Virus record (IMG/VR): IMGVR_UViG_2778261056_000004
Coordinates: 1 to 42,285 of that record
DNA from: a virus
Taxonomy: Duplodnaviria; Heunggongvirae; Uroviricota; Caudoviricetes
Length of the DNA stretch: 42,285 bases
Strand: one strand, 5' to 3'
Shown here in pieces: positions 8,955-18,714 of the stretch. Numbering within the stretch: position 1 is the stretch's first letter; each line of letters starts with the position of its first letter. The notes below the pieces were generated by a model. The model was not told the DNA's origin, did not search any database, and worked only from the letters and a program-made list of their open reading frames with translations. A program made the position numbers and the translations under genes.

Positions 8955-9412
8955 GCTTCGGGCCACTCCTTATTCAGCGCCAAATCGATAATGTCCGAAC
9001 CCGCCACCAGCTCTGGGAACAATCCCCATCCCGGCGGTAACAGTGGCCGCTCCCACAACTCCAGCGTTGCGGTAAACTGCCAAAATTTACCGCTAGCCAA
9101 AATTGGACCCTGATAAATATCCACAAAACGGCACTTATAAGGCTGTATCCCCAAAGGGGTTTTAAGGCGCATATAAAACCAGGCAACACCATCTGTCAGT
9201 GCGTCCCGAAACCACGCCTCAAAAAGCTGAGCTTCATTATCTTTTTTAAACGACCATTTCACGCTCGCTTGAGTTGGGACGGAAGAATAAATTCGGCGTT
9301 GTCTGGAACGGCCTGAGGTTAATTTGGTACGAAGAAAAGGACTCACTGGCTCACAACCAAATCCATCTTTTAACGGAATTGGTAATTCCTTAGGGTAGAA
9401 AATATCAGCCAT
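8951..9412 (-). CDS. minor/distal tail protein, 153 aa
   Basis: The ORF starts on the tape measure stop (TAATG overlap). Assignment rests on position only. Confidence 0.5.
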   Translation of the reverse strand: MADIFYPKELPIPLKDGFGCEPVSPFLRTKLTSGRSRQRRIYSSVPTQASVKWSFKKDNEAQLFEAWFRDALTDGVAWFYMRLKTPLGIQPYKCRFVDIYQGPILASGKFWQFTATLELWERPLLPPGWGLFPELVAGSDIIDLALNKEWPEA

Positions 9413-12105
9413 TATCGTGCCTTCCTTTTTGCGTACATGACATTAACCGCGTCATGAACTTTCCCCTGCCCTTTCGACAAGCTATTTACGACCATATTAA
9501 ATCCCTGGGTCGCCCCGCGTTTCACAGCCGCTTCCATCATCGCAATTGTCCGTGCATCAGGATCCCCATTAACCTGGATAGTTGGCGAATAGCTAAACTG
9601 GCCCTGAATGGCGTTATTTTCGCGTTGTTTCTGAATATCGGTGAGAGTCGCATCCAGTTTTGCTGAGGTATTAGACTTCACGACTCGCTCACCTTGCTGA
9701 AGCAACCAAGTCCCCGTCGCGGGAACCTTATCGAGACCATCGTGAGCCATACCCATTAGAGAGGCCGCTGATATTGCCGCAACCATTGGTGATGTTACTG
9801 CCGCAGCAGCAGCCATGGCGCCAGGAGCCAGCGCGGGTCCAACAATAGGGATCGCCGCAGTAGAAGCGTAGGCGTTTAATTGGGCCATTAATGCACTGGC
9901 CGTGGCATTGCTGGTCATGGCTGCCGCAGCGGATGCCTGCGTGCCTTTTCCTACCATCAGTTGAACGGCTTGATAAACCAACCATTGGGCTGCCATTTGC
10001 GTTAGGGTCTGAATTACCGCCTCACCCATGCCAACAAACATGTTGCTGAAGGCATCCCCAACGGATTGGGCCTGGGTAATAATGCCCGTGAAAGCATCAG
10101 CCATGGAATTTGTGGTTTGGTTCAGCAGGGTCGATGCTGAATTCGCTGCCGTTTGATTATAGTTTGAAGCCTCATCGGCGAAATTCGCCATGGATGTTAA
10201 TGCACCAGCTTGCCAGTTCTGCCTGATTGCGTCCTGCTGGCCATAATAATTTCTGAGTGCCGTTAGTTCATTCTGGTAGCCTTTATCGCTTTCATTGCCG
10301 CCCGCGTTTTTCCATCCCTGTAGGAGTTGAGCCTCCTCAAGACGGCGTTGCGCCTGGCGGCTGCTCATGCCAGCACTATCGGCAAGCGCGCTGGTTTTCT
10401 CACCCATCTGAGTCACATATTTCTGCGATGTGTCCTGCAGGCGATTGAGACGTTCCTGTATGACGATCTGATCACCCAATCTGGCATTAATTTCTGCCTG
10501 CGCGAGGACTTTATCTTTGCTGGCGAGTACAGATTTTTCATCATCAGTTAGGGTTCGCGTTTTCGCAGCTTGCTCGAGAACCGTAAATCTGGCCTGATCT
10601 TTCCACAATTGCTTGCGCTGCTGACTGATCTTGTCGTTGATTCCGGAGTGCTGCCGCAATACCTCCAGCTGAGCTTGCAACTCCAGAGACTGGGCACTGG
10701 TACTGTCGGTAAGTTTTGCGCCGACCGGCGTCGTGATTTTCGCTGGCTTCTTAAGCGAGTCCTCATATTCCTTTTTCGCTGCGGCCAAATTGATGTTGTA
10801 ATCAGCCTGGAGGATCCGGCCCTCTTTCAACGCTTTGTTCAGTTCGCTCTGACGAGCGGTGTACTTCTCCAGAGCCGTCTGCGTTTTACCGTAATTCGCC
10901 TGGGCCTGTTGCGCGTATTTGAGGCGATCGGCTTCTAATCCTGCTTCACGGGAAGCGTTTTCCTGGGCGAGTTGAGAATTTCTGGCCTGTTGCTGCGCCA
11001 TATCCAGCGCCTGGCGAGCGGTCTCACGGTCGTTCCAGAAACGTGCGCGCGCGTCATCGTTGACATAACGATCACCCTTTCGCAAATTCCAGATGTCATC
11101 CGCCCGCTTGAAAGCCGCCTCGGCCTTACTCAGCATTTCCTGAGAAGTATCAGGCCTGCCAATATCCAGTGCCGCATCCCACATGGATTTGAACGCATTT
11201 TTAAGGGAGTCTGCGGCCGATTCAATCGTCCCCATGTTGTCGCGGATGCTGGCAGTCTGCTTATTGAACCCGGCGGTTGCTGCTTCGTTTGCCGCCTGCA
11301 GTGCCCCTGCTTCATTTCCTGAGCGCTGCAGAGCGGCAACATATTCAACCTGCTCAGCCGTGACATTGTGAAACTGCTGCGCCATCGCCAGCAGCCCTGA
11401 CGCCGGGTCGTTGACCATGCGTCCAAATGCTTCAGCCACCTTATCGACCGGCAGACCGGATGCATCCGTAAATTTCGCGACCGAGATCGCAAGCTCTTCG
11501 AAGTTAGCACCCGCGCGAACGCCGGCATTAACAAGCGCAGTCAGTGCCTGGCTGGTCTGGTTGAAGGTAAGGCCCGCTTTCTCTCCGGCAGCTGCTATGG
11601 TCTGCATGCGAACAGCTGTGAGGCCAGCAGTATTGCCGGTCAATGTCAGCGTTTTATTAAATTCAGAGAGTGTGCTCGAGCCCTGATAATACGAATACAT
11701 CAGCGCCGCGGTGCCAGCAGATAACACGCCTACTCCGAGCATTACAGGGGAGATCGTTCCCAACAAAGCGCTGAACATAGGCCGCAGACCACCAAACTGG
11801 TCTTTAATTTGCCCGCCCTGCTGGAGCATGATCAGCCAGGGACTCTGCCCGCCGGCCAGCTGCGTCGCGATATCAGTGAACTGCGCCGGCAGGGTACGCA
11901 TCGCGGAAGAATACTGACCGACAGAAATCCCGGCTCGCTTTGCAGCCAGTTCCTGCTTCGAAAATGCTTGCTGAACCTGCAAGGCTGCATCATTTGCCGC
12001 TTTGCCTGTTCCCTTCAGCTGCTTATTTACATAGGTAACCTGCTCAGTAAATTTAGCCGAATCAACATCAAGGTTAACGATCAGATCACCCACTGACTGG
12101 GCCAT
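9412..12105 (-). CDS. tail tape measure protein, 897 aa
   Basis: Long, Ala/Gln-rich, coiled-coil-like sequence with hydrophobic glycine-rich stretches. Lies directly after the G/T chaperone pair. Confidence 0.85.
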   Translation of the reverse strand: MAQSVGDLIVNLDVDSAKFTEQVTYVNKQLKGTGKAANDAALQVQQAFSKQELAAKRAGISVGQYSSAMRTLPAQFTDIATQLAGGQSPWLIMLQQGGQIKDQFGGLRPMFSALLGTISPVMLGVGVLSAGTAALMYSYYQGSSTLSEFNKTLTLTGNTAGLTAVRMQTIAAAGEKAGLTFNQTSQALTALVNAGVRAGANFEELAISVAKFTDASGLPVDKVAEAFGRMVNDPASGLLAMAQQFHNVTAEQVEYVAALQRSGNEAGALQAANEAATAGFNKQTASIRDNMGTIESAADSLKNAFKSMWDAALDIGRPDTSQEMLSKAEAAFKRADDIWNLRKGDRYVNDDARARFWNDRETARQALDMAQQQARNSQLAQENASREAGLEADRLKYAQQAQANYGKTQTALEKYTARQSELNKALKEGRILQADYNINLAAAKKEYEDSLKKPAKITTPVGAKLTDSTSAQSLELQAQLEVLRQHSGINDKISQQRKQLWKDQARFTVLEQAAKTRTLTDDEKSVLASKDKVLAQAEINARLGDQIVIQERLNRLQDTSQKYVTQMGEKTSALADSAGMSSRQAQRRLEEAQLLQGWKNAGGNESDKGYQNELTALRNYYGQQDAIRQNWQAGALTSMANFADEASNYNQTAANSASTLLNQTTNSMADAFTGIITQAQSVGDAFSNMFVGMGEAVIQTLTQMAAQWLVYQAVQLMVGKGTQASAAAAMTSNATASALMAQLNAYASTAAIPIVGPALAPGAMAAAAAVTSPMVAAISAASLMGMAHDGLDKVPATGTWLLQQGERVVKSNTSAKLDATLTDIQKQRENNAIQGQFSYSPTIQVNGDPDARTIAMMEAAVKRGATQGFNMVVNSLSKGQGKVHDAVNVMYAKRKAR

Positions 12106-12427
12106 AGCGCACTCCTCCCAGGCTTTCCGCCACAGACATCATTACATCATCATCCATCGGCAAATCTTCCTGCTCTGGTGGGTTAAGCAGGCTGAAGTCA
12201 CGTGGGGTTAATTCGGTTTCTGTACACAGCATTGAGACAATAAGATGGCTGAGGCGGGAGAAATGGGTATCCAGAAGATCACCTTCAAAATACTGCTTTT
12301 GATAGTAGCGCCCCCATTCCGCCAGCTCACTTGATGACATGCCGGCAAGCATGACGCGCCAGTCCGGTCGCCGGAACTCCCGCGCCAGCTTCATTACAAA
12401 GCTCAGCTCACCGGCTAACGCTTTTCC
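12086..12427 (-). CDS. gpT-like segment of the tail assembly chaperone, expressed as a G-T fusion by -1 frameshift
   Basis: Contains REFRRPDWRVMLAGMSSSELAEW and DFSLLN plus GGVRYG, matching lambda gpT. This frame is open across the last ~15 codons of the G gene and is -1 relative to it. Confidence 0.7.
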   Translation of the reverse strand, partial: GKALAGELSFVMKLAREFRRPDWRVMLAGMSSSELAEWGRYYQKQYFEGDLLDTHFSRLSHLIVSMLCTETELTPRDFSLLNPPEQEDLPMDDDVMMSVAESLGGVRYGPVSG

Positions 12428-12837
12428 GCGCTGATGGGCTCGTCTTCCACCACTACGTCTGTACTTTTATCCTCGTCTGCCGGTGCCGGTGCCGGTTTAG
12501 GTTCCGTTACAGGGATCATGTCAGACAGCGTTTTTACAAAGAGTTCGCCAGCGCCAATCATTCCCGGCGGCCAGCCGGAAAGCACCTCATGATGCAGTGA
12601 ATCAATATCTTTTGAGGTATCACCCTGCCAGAGCGACATTGCGATCAGTCGCGCCCCAACCCGGAGATTGCTGCTTACCCGGATCGTAAGATAATCCTCA
12701 TCACCTTCATCTTTCGGGAGCGATTTATCTTCCTTCGCCAGGTACTGCAGATGCTCAATACGTTGCAGGCCTGACAACTCAAATAACTGGATGGTGTTGC
12801 CGTTATAGGTGAACGGCTCAGATTTCAGAAAGCTCAT
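12415..12837 (-). CDS. tail assembly chaperone gpG-like, 140 aa
   Basis: ATG at 12837; the track ORF extends further upstream. Has an acidic C-terminus and lies between the major tail and T/tape-measure genes. Confidence 0.7.
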   Translation of the reverse strand: MSFLKSEPFTYNGNTIQLFELSGLQRIEHLQYLAKEDKSLPKDEGDEDYLTIRVSSNLRVGARLIAMSLWQGDTSKDIDSLHHEVLSGWPPGMIGAGELFVKTLSDMIPVTEPKPAPAPADEDKSTDVVVEDEPISAEKR

Positions 12838-12877
12838 GGAGTACCCCAGGAAAATGACGGGGCCAGCGCCCCGCCGG

Positions 12878-13615
12878 TCAGGAAACGGTGACTTTGCAGA
12901 TGGCGACTTTAAGACCATCGTTGGACATCACGATAATTTCAGCAGAGCCTGTGGCTACGCCGGTAATGGTCAGGACATCGCCGTTGGCGGTAACTGTCGC
13001 TTTCGCCGGATCAGAGGAGGCAACGCGGAAAGATTTGTCTGTAGCGCCAGCAGGGTTGACAGTGACGTTAACGGTGTCAGACGCACCGGCGGCAACAGTC
13101 AGGGTTGCTTTATCGAGCGATACCCCGGTAACCGGAACGACAGCAGCGCGGGTTTCCTCCGCCAGCGATGGCTTGCCGTTGTTGCTGATCTTCACGCTAC
13201 GGGTGATGACCTCCTTCGCCGGGATGGTTTTACCGAGGCTGCTGACCCAGCCCTTAAAGACGTCGATCGTCCCGTTCGGGTATTTAATTTTGTAGGCGCG
13301 CACATCGCCGCTGTAGAACCAGTCCACCAGAGATTGCTGCCCTGATTCCCCAGGTTTCCACGCCAGGGTGAAACTGGCTTCACCGGCTGACTTCTCGCCC
13401 TGTGCTGTATTTGCCCAGTCCGCGTTCGGATCGTCAAGGTAGGTGTCGTCATAGGACTCTGCTGTCAGTTCACCTGGCGTCAGGTCTTTGATTTTGGCCG
13501 TGCGGGTCCAGTCAGTATCGCTGGCCGGATTGGCATAGGGATCGCCAGTGCCGTTATAAAGCCAGAACGTTGTGCCTGCCCCTTTTACGGGTTCAAGCGG
13601 GCTTGGTGTTGGCAT
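12878..13615 (-). CDS. major tail protein (lambda V-like) with C-terminal Ig-like (Big_2-type) domain
   Basis: GAGG RBS precedes the start. The C-terminal part (VTGVSLDKATLTVAAGASDTVNVTVNPAGATDKSFRVASSDPAKATV) is typical of Big_2 domains. Confidence 0.8.
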   Translation of the reverse strand: MPTPSPLEPVKGAGTTFWLYNGTGDPYANPASDTDWTRTAKIKDLTPGELTAESYDDTYLDDPNADWANTAQGEKSAGEASFTLAWKPGESGQQSLVDWFYSGDVRAYKIKYPNGTIDVFKGWVSSLGKTIPAKEVITRSVKISNNGKPSLAEETRAAVVPVTGVSLDKATLTVAAGASDTVNVTVNPAGATDKSFRVASSDPAKATVTANGDVLTITGVATGSAEIIVMSNDGLKVAICKVTVS

Positions 13616-13622
13616 GATTACC

Positions 13623-14021
13623 TCACATTACGTATGAAATTGAATATTTAAGATCGGCCGATCCCCACGTCGCCATTTCGTCATCGCGCTGATAGTCATA
13701 GCCCTGAGCAGACATGGTTTCGATTAAGGGGGTAAGGCCGGGGAGTGCATTGAGCTGGGGATAGATTTTGCTTTCCATCCAGGTATCGAGCGCGGTATCC
13801 GTTTCGCTCGCTTTCAGGAACACTTCAATGTGAAGCGTGGCGCGCCAGATATCTTCGTCGATGGATTCCTCCGTGGACTGCGCGTCAGTGATATAGACGG
13901 CGACAGCCGGGAGATCTTCGGACTCAAGTACAGCGGGACGGCCATCAGACCACGTTACAGGGTCAGTAATGCCCGCTTTCAGGGCAGCCAGCACCGCCTG
14001 GCGGATCAGGGGATGTTTCAT
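13623..14021 (-). CDS. tail terminator protein (lambda U-like)
   Basis: Collinear with lambda gpU: MKH..RAAVL, DGRPAV...PAVAVY, LHIEVFL, WMES+IYP, GYDY.RDD and SADL.Y.I.Y.M. Confidence 0.8.
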   Translation of the reverse strand: MKHPLIRQAVLAALKAGITDPVTWSDGRPAVLESEDLPAVAVYITDAQSTEESIDEDIWRATLHIEVFLKASETDTALDTWMESKIYPQLNALPGLTPLIETMSAQGYDYQRDDEMATWGSADLKYSISYVM

Positions 14022-14572
14022 TTGGTCAGAATTATCCTCAGTTGATTGCGTAAAGCCGCAGAGAGTTCTTTTGGAAGATCGGTAGCAGTCAGGCGGGTGC
14101 TTTCCTGCTTAAAGGCCTCAGTCAGTGGCGCTGCCAGAGGAATGCTCACTACCTCGAGCGGGTAGCGGCTTTTGGTGGTTCTCCGCAGGACATGCCAGCG
14201 CCCGTTTTTGAGCTGCTGAATGAATCCGCCCGGGAAGCGAAACCGCCCGATGACCAGAACGCTTCGGACACCGGCCTTGTCACGTTTTCGCCGGGAGAGC
14301 CGCACGCTGGCCACGCCCAGCTTGATCGCCGGGAGGTTGCCCCGGTTGACCCGAATAGTGGCCTGCGGTTTGCGTACCGTGGCTTTCTTCAGGCGTGCAC
14401 GCTGATTGACGAGTTTCCGCTGCACCCGGGTGTCCTTCGCAACCTGGCGGGTGCTGCGGGAGATCGCCCGGGTGGCCACGCGGTTCACCGCCTGAGAGGA
14501 TGCCCGAGGCACGGCGGTTTTGCTGATGCTTTCCAGGTTAGCGATCGCCTGTTCGAGCCCTTTGATGGACAT
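14018..14572 (-). CDS. tail completion protein (lambda Z-like), 184 aa
   Basis: ATG at 14572 follows GGAGG. The track ORF is over-extended. Basic protein positioned directly before U. Confidence 0.6.
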   Translation of the reverse strand: MSIKGLEQAIANLESISKTAVPRASSQAVNRVATRAISRSTRQVAKDTRVQRKLVNQRARLKKATVRKPQATIRVNRGNLPAIKLGVASVRLSRRKRDKAGVRSVLVIGRFRFPGGFIQQLKNGRWHVLRRTTKSRYPLEVVSIPLAAPLTEAFKQESTRLTATDLPKELSAALRNQLRIILTK

Positions 14573-14582
14573 AGAGCCTCCA

Positions 14583-14858
14583 TTACTCAATCCAGATCTG
14601 TGGCTTACCGTTGAACAGCTGTTTGCGGGTAACGATGTAGTCCTGGCCCTTCCAGTGAATAGCATCGCCTTTACGCGGCGACACTGCCAGGGAGAACACC
14701 ACCAGTGACAGGCCATCTCCCACCAGCGGCCCCATTTCTGCGACAAACTGGCTTTCTACAGCATCAAAAATGACCCCGTTGATCGTGACCTTATCTGACA
14801 TCAGATTGACGGTGGCCGCGTCCATACGGGCAACCATCGCGTCGAAGAGGTTAGCCAT
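14583..14858 (-). CDS. head-tail joining protein (lambda FII-like), 91 aa
   Basis: The N-terminus MANLFDAMVARMDAA resembles lambda FII (NLFDAAIARADE). Its start overlaps the stop of the DUF2190 gene. Confidence 0.55.
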   Translation of the reverse strand: MANLFDAMVARMDAATVNLMSDKVTINGVIFDAVESQFVAEMGPLVGDGLSLVVFSLAVSPRKGDAIHWKGQDYIVTRKQLFNGKPQIWIE

Positions 14859-15174
14859 TGAGCTTAACCAGTACGGTGGTGGCGTTCGCAGCTGCAGCCT
14901 GCCAGGCTTTCCCTGCGGGTGTCGCGCCGGTGGCCTCCAGTTGCACTTTCCCGCTTTTGAAGTACAGGGTTTTGCCCTGGGCGATATCATCCGCCGCCAG
15001 CTTCGGCAACTGAACGACGCCACTGGTGAGGCCTGTACCGGTATCGCCGACGGCAATATCAGCGATAGCGATCGCCAGAACATCACCCACGGCAACCGGC
15101 GTGCCACTGGTGATCACCGCCGAACCCGAGTTGGTCAAATCAATAGTGTGACCATCCTGTACGAAATTCTTCAT
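14851..15174 (-). CDS. DUF2190-family head protein (decoration/cement-like), 107 aa
   Basis: ATG at 15174. A Gly/Ala/Thr-rich beta protein immediately after the capsid gene, and a paralogue of the ORF at 21745-22086. Confidence 0.55.
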   Translation of the reverse strand: MKNFVQDGHTIDLTNSGSAVITSGTPVAVGDVLAIAIADIAVGDTGTGLTSGVVQLPKLAADDIAQGKTLYFKSGKVQLEATGATPAGKAWQAAAANATTVLVKLNG

Positions 15175-15210
15175 GAGCTCTCCGTATGGCCCCTGCCGGG
15201 GCCATGTTGC

Positions 15211-15236
15211 AGATATAAAAAAAGCCCTTACGGGCC
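15211..15236 (-). terminator. weak intrinsic terminator/attenuator after the capsid gene
   Basis: The minus strand reads GCCC-GUAA-GGGC followed by U7. The stem is short. A second 8-bp hairpin (AUGGCCCC-GGCA-GGGGCCAU, 15187-15206) follows and has no U-run. Confidence 0.45.
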
Positions 15237-15254
15237 GGTTCAATGTCGGGGTGA

Positions 15255-17267
15255 TTACTTACCGGATGATTTCGCCAGACCGCGATAATCCAGCGGCGCC
15301 ACACCAGCATCGATGCGGACTTTCGTCGCAACACCATCAGTGGTGAAACCTTCCTGCTGGTCGATGTACGGGGCATCAATGCCATTGAGGTACGCCACTT
15401 CGATGGTATCGGTGCCCTGTGCGGCAGCCAGATACCAGGCCGCCGGATCGGCGTCATCCAGACGCGCTTCTGCGATCACTTCGGCAAAGTTCTGCAGCGG
15501 GTTAACCACGCCGGCATTGATATCAGCCCCTTTCACGCTTGCTGACTTAATGGTCTGGCTGGCTAATGTTTCCAGACCCACCGGAACCAGCATGTAGGCC
15601 GGACGAATGTTCAGGGCGCGCTCGCCCTCTTTCTGCTTGCGCATGTTCTGGCGGGCCTTATCCAGGCTGTCAACGCTGATGGCGCCAGCTGAAAGGTTGG
15701 CATGGTCAGCATGGAAGAGCGCCTTACCATCCGACAGTTTCCCGTTACCGGTCAGCACGGCATAGACCAGGTCACCGATTGTCGCTTTTGCAGCGCGCCC
15801 CATCTTCATCGGAACGTCTGTCAGCTGGTTCAGGTCATCGTTGATAATGGCCTGGCGGGTGATGGAGAAGATCTCACCGTAAGTAGCCAGCGCGATGGTT
15901 TCACCCTTATCCTGCGTGGTGATGTACTTATACTCCGCGCCCTCTCGCACCTGACGCAGGGAAGGGAAGCCGCCCATGCCGACGCGATGCGCCGTTTTGA
16001 AGTCAGACAGCTGGCCTTTTTTGGTCCAGAGTTCAAAGGTCTCTGCCGCTTCATCCCAGCCCTGCAACAGCGCTTTATTGGCGACATCGAGCAGGATATT
16101 GCCAAAATCGGAGGTGCTGTGCGTCAGCGCAAAACCAACCATCTGCATCGGGTTGTAACTGGAGACCCCGATGCCGCGCTCGGTCAGGGACATGCGGGCG
16201 TATTCGCGCAGCGTCATACCGTTATAGACGTTGTCGCGCTCAACATTTTCATAACCGGAACGCGCCATCAGCGCCTGGCGGATCCCGTCGCCAACAAAGT
16301 TACCGTTGCCGGCATACACATGGGCCTGACCCTGCGTAGTGGTGTTGGACGGCGTGGCATTTTTACCGAGCTCTGCCAGAAGAACATCTTTCGCCTGGCT
16401 GACCGAGCACTCTGGATCGGCAATACATTTAGCCTGCAGCTCCTGATGCTTTCCGCCGAACATGGCGAAGAGGTCCTGAATACCGTTCACGCGTGCCTTT
16501 TGCTCCGCAATAACCTGCGCACGGATATCTGTTTCGCTGGCACCTGCCGCCGGAGCTGGCTGGGTGGCAGTTGGCTGCTGTGTTTCGCGCGTAGCGGTAT
16601 TGCGCGGCGGGGTGACCATGTTGCGAATGCTGTTTGGCATCTTTTCAAATTCCTCAATACGTTTCGAATGGATGCAGGCCATTGCCTGCAAGGATGGTGT
16701 GACCTGGTCAGCGAAGCCCAGCTCCAGACATTCAGTGCCGGAGAGCCAGGTCTCTTCCTCCAGCATTGCCGCAATTTCTTCGGTGCTTTTTCCCGTCTTC
16801 TGCGCGTATGCCGGGATCAACACCGACTCCACTTTGTCGAGCAGGTCGGCGTAGTCGCGCATGTCATCAGCATCACCACCCGCAAAACCCCACGGCTTGT
16901 GGATCATCATCATGGTGTTTTCCGGCATGATGACCGGATTTCCTACCATGGCGATGACTGATGCCATTGAGGCAGCCAGACCGTCGATAAAAACGGTGAT
17001 CGCGGCGCCGTGGAATTTCAGGGCATTAAAAATGGCGATACCGTCAAAGACATCGCCACCAGGGGAGTTGATATGCAGTTTGATGTGAGTTACGTCGCCC
17101 AGCGCCTTAAGGTTTGCGACGAACTGCTTCGCCGTTACCCCCCAGTAGCCGATCTCGTCGTAGATGTAGATTTCGGCTTCGTTTTCCGAACTGGCCTGCA
17201 TACGGAACCAGCTATTTTTTGCCTGGGCTTTCGGGCGGTTCTTTACCCGGTTTTGCTTCCTGGACAC
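15255..17267 (-). CDS. prohead protease (ClpP/S14-like) fused to major capsid protein
   Basis: The N-terminal part has AEIYIYDEIG, INSPGGDV, GLAASMAS (Ser) and MMIHKPWG (His). A Pro/Thr/Gln linker follows, then about 400 aa of capsid-like sequence. A GTG at 17267 follows AAGGAG with a 6-nt spacer. ATG 17285 is an alternative start. Confidence 0.8.
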   Translation of the reverse strand: MSRKQNRVKNRPKAQAKNSWFRMQASSENEAEIYIYDEIGYWGVTAKQFVANLKALGDVTHIKLHINSPGGDVFDGIAIFNALKFHGAAITVFIDGLAASMASVIAMVGNPVIMPENTMMMIHKPWGFAGGDADDMRDYADLLDKVESVLIPAYAQKTGKSTEEIAAMLEEETWLSGTECLELGFADQVTPSLQAMACIHSKRIEEFEKMPNSIRNMVTPPRNTATRETQQPTATQPAPAAGASETDIRAQVIAEQKARVNGIQDLFAMFGGKHQELQAKCIADPECSVSQAKDVLLAELGKNATPSNTTTQGQAHVYAGNGNFVGDGIRQALMARSGYENVERDNVYNGMTLREYARMSLTERGIGVSSYNPMQMVGFALTHSTSDFGNILLDVANKALLQGWDEAAETFELWTKKGQLSDFKTAHRVGMGGFPSLRQVREGAEYKYITTQDKGETIALATYGEIFSITRQAIINDDLNQLTDVPMKMGRAAKATIGDLVYAVLTGNGKLSDGKALFHADHANLSAGAISVDSLDKARQNMRKQKEGERALNIRPAYMLVPVGLETLASQTIKSASVKGADINAGVVNPLQNFAEVIAEARLDDADPAAWYLAAAQGTDTIEVAYLNGIDAPYIDQQEGFTTDGVATKVRIDAGVAPLDYRGLAKSSGK

Positions 17268-18714
17268 GAGTGTCTCCTTTGTCATTTGCCGGGTCGGTAT
17301 CAAACACCAGCCCCTGTTTACGGTTCTCGTCAACCTCCGCCTTACGGCGGCGCTTAACATCATCAGGATTTGCGCCGCGGGCGCGCACCCATTCACTCTC
17401 TGTCGCAGCACCGCCACGCAGCAGAATTTTCCAGGCGTTCGCCTCTTTGACCGGGTCAATCCATGGCATAACGGGCCCGGAGAACACGGCGCTAAAGAGC
17501 GTGGCTTTATCGACATTTTTCGGGACCGTGATCTCGCCTGAAGCAATCGCCATCCTGAGCCACGCCCGGTACATAGGTCGGGTGATCGCCGCGATGAATG
17601 CGTCCTGAAGAATGAAATAGCCTTCGGTTGACTCCACCAGCTCCTGGCGCTGCGCGCTGTATGTTCCGTCGTAGTTACGGGCGATACTTGAAAAGCTACC
17701 GCGCGAACCAGCGGCCACAGCACGTAGCTGGCCATTACGGAAAGTTTCGAGGTTAGGGTTGGGTCGGTCTGACTTGATCATGCCGATGTCTTCACCCGGG
17801 CGGAGATCGTCAAACAGCATGCCTGGCTCGATGTTTAGCTCCCTTTGACCGCTGCTGCCTTCGTCATAAGTCTGGCCATCACCTTTTTTAATGAACATGC
17901 CCAGTGCCGCAGCAATGCGGGCAGCGGTCAGCTCAGCGTCCTCGTACTCCTTCAGCGCCGAAAGACGCATCAGCACCCCGGCAAGCAGTGAGTTACCCCG
18001 GATTTGATGCAGGCGGCGCATAAACTTCAGGTGAAGCATGTTCTCCGCCTGAATATCCTTGGTATCTCCCTGGCGCATACCTTCTGCCGGCAGGTTTTTG
18101 TAGACCATGTATCGGGTCGGGCGGCCCCAGTCATTCAGGTAAATGCCCTGGCACAACTTCTGACCCGGCTCTGTCCGCTCCATCGGCACAAAATCCGGTT
18201 CCAGCGCCTCAATCCAGAAAGGAATGTCTGCCACAGGCGACAGACCGTTCCCGGTGCCACTGACCAGCTGCGCGAACACCTCGCCGTCACGTAACCAGGT
18301 CCGGCACATCAGGCGCTCAAGCACTGGTCGGGTGAACTGCCCGGTAACATCGGGAGAAACGGACCACTCCGCCCATTTGGCGCGGATCTGTGTAGCAAGG
18401 TCAGTAGCGATGCCCCCGTTACTCATCAGGGGCTGCGGCTCCACGATGATGCCTTTTGCCCCCACAATGCGCTCTTCGAGTTTATCAAGGATGCCGATCA
18501 CCAGATCGTGGTTACAGTCGAGCCACCGGGCTTGTTCGCGCAGCGATCGCCCGCCGAATTGCGTCAGCTGATTCGCGGAGCGGTTTTCGCGTTTTGCCCG
18601 GTGCGTCCGGGTAGGAATGACAGCCTCATATGCCTGGATCATCAGGCGCGACTTCAGGCGCTCCGCTTTCCAGCCCGGGGAAAACATGCCTATCAGATTA
18701 TCCAGGGCGCTCAT
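17212..18714 (-). CDS. portal protein (lambda B family), 500 aa
   Basis: Size and position between W and the protease fit. ATGA overlap with W. I judge the sequence similar to the lambda-type portal family. Confidence 0.8.
   Translation of the reverse strand: MSALDNLIGMFSPGWKAERLKSRLMIQAYEAVIPTRTHRAKRENRSANQLTQFGGRSLREQARWLDCNHDLVIGILDKLEERIVGAKGIIVEPQPLMSNGGIATDLATQIRAKWAEWSVSPDVTGQFTRPVLERLMCRTWLRDGEVFAQLVSGTGNGLSPVADIPFWIEALEPDFVPMERTEPGQKLCQGIYLNDWGRPTRYMVYKNLPAEGMRQGDTKDIQAENMLHLKFMRRLHQIRGNSLLAGVLMRLSALKEYEDAELTAARIAAALGMFIKKGDGQTYDEGSSGQRELNIEPGMLFDDLRPGEDIGMIKSDRPNPNLETFRNGQLRAVAAGSRGSFSSIARNYDGTYSAQRQELVESTEGYFILQDAFIAAITRPMYRAWLRMAIASGEITVPKNVDKATLFSAVFSGPVMPWIDPVKEANAWKILLRGGAATESEWVRARGANPDDVKRRRKAEVDENRKQGLVFDTDPANDKGDTRVQEAKPGKEPPESPGKK

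Noticed and set aside
15702-16961. 419-aa plus-strand ORF
   Set aside because: It lies entirely antisense to the protease-capsid gene. It is a typical GC-rich shadow frame, rich in Arg/Leu/Gly/His.
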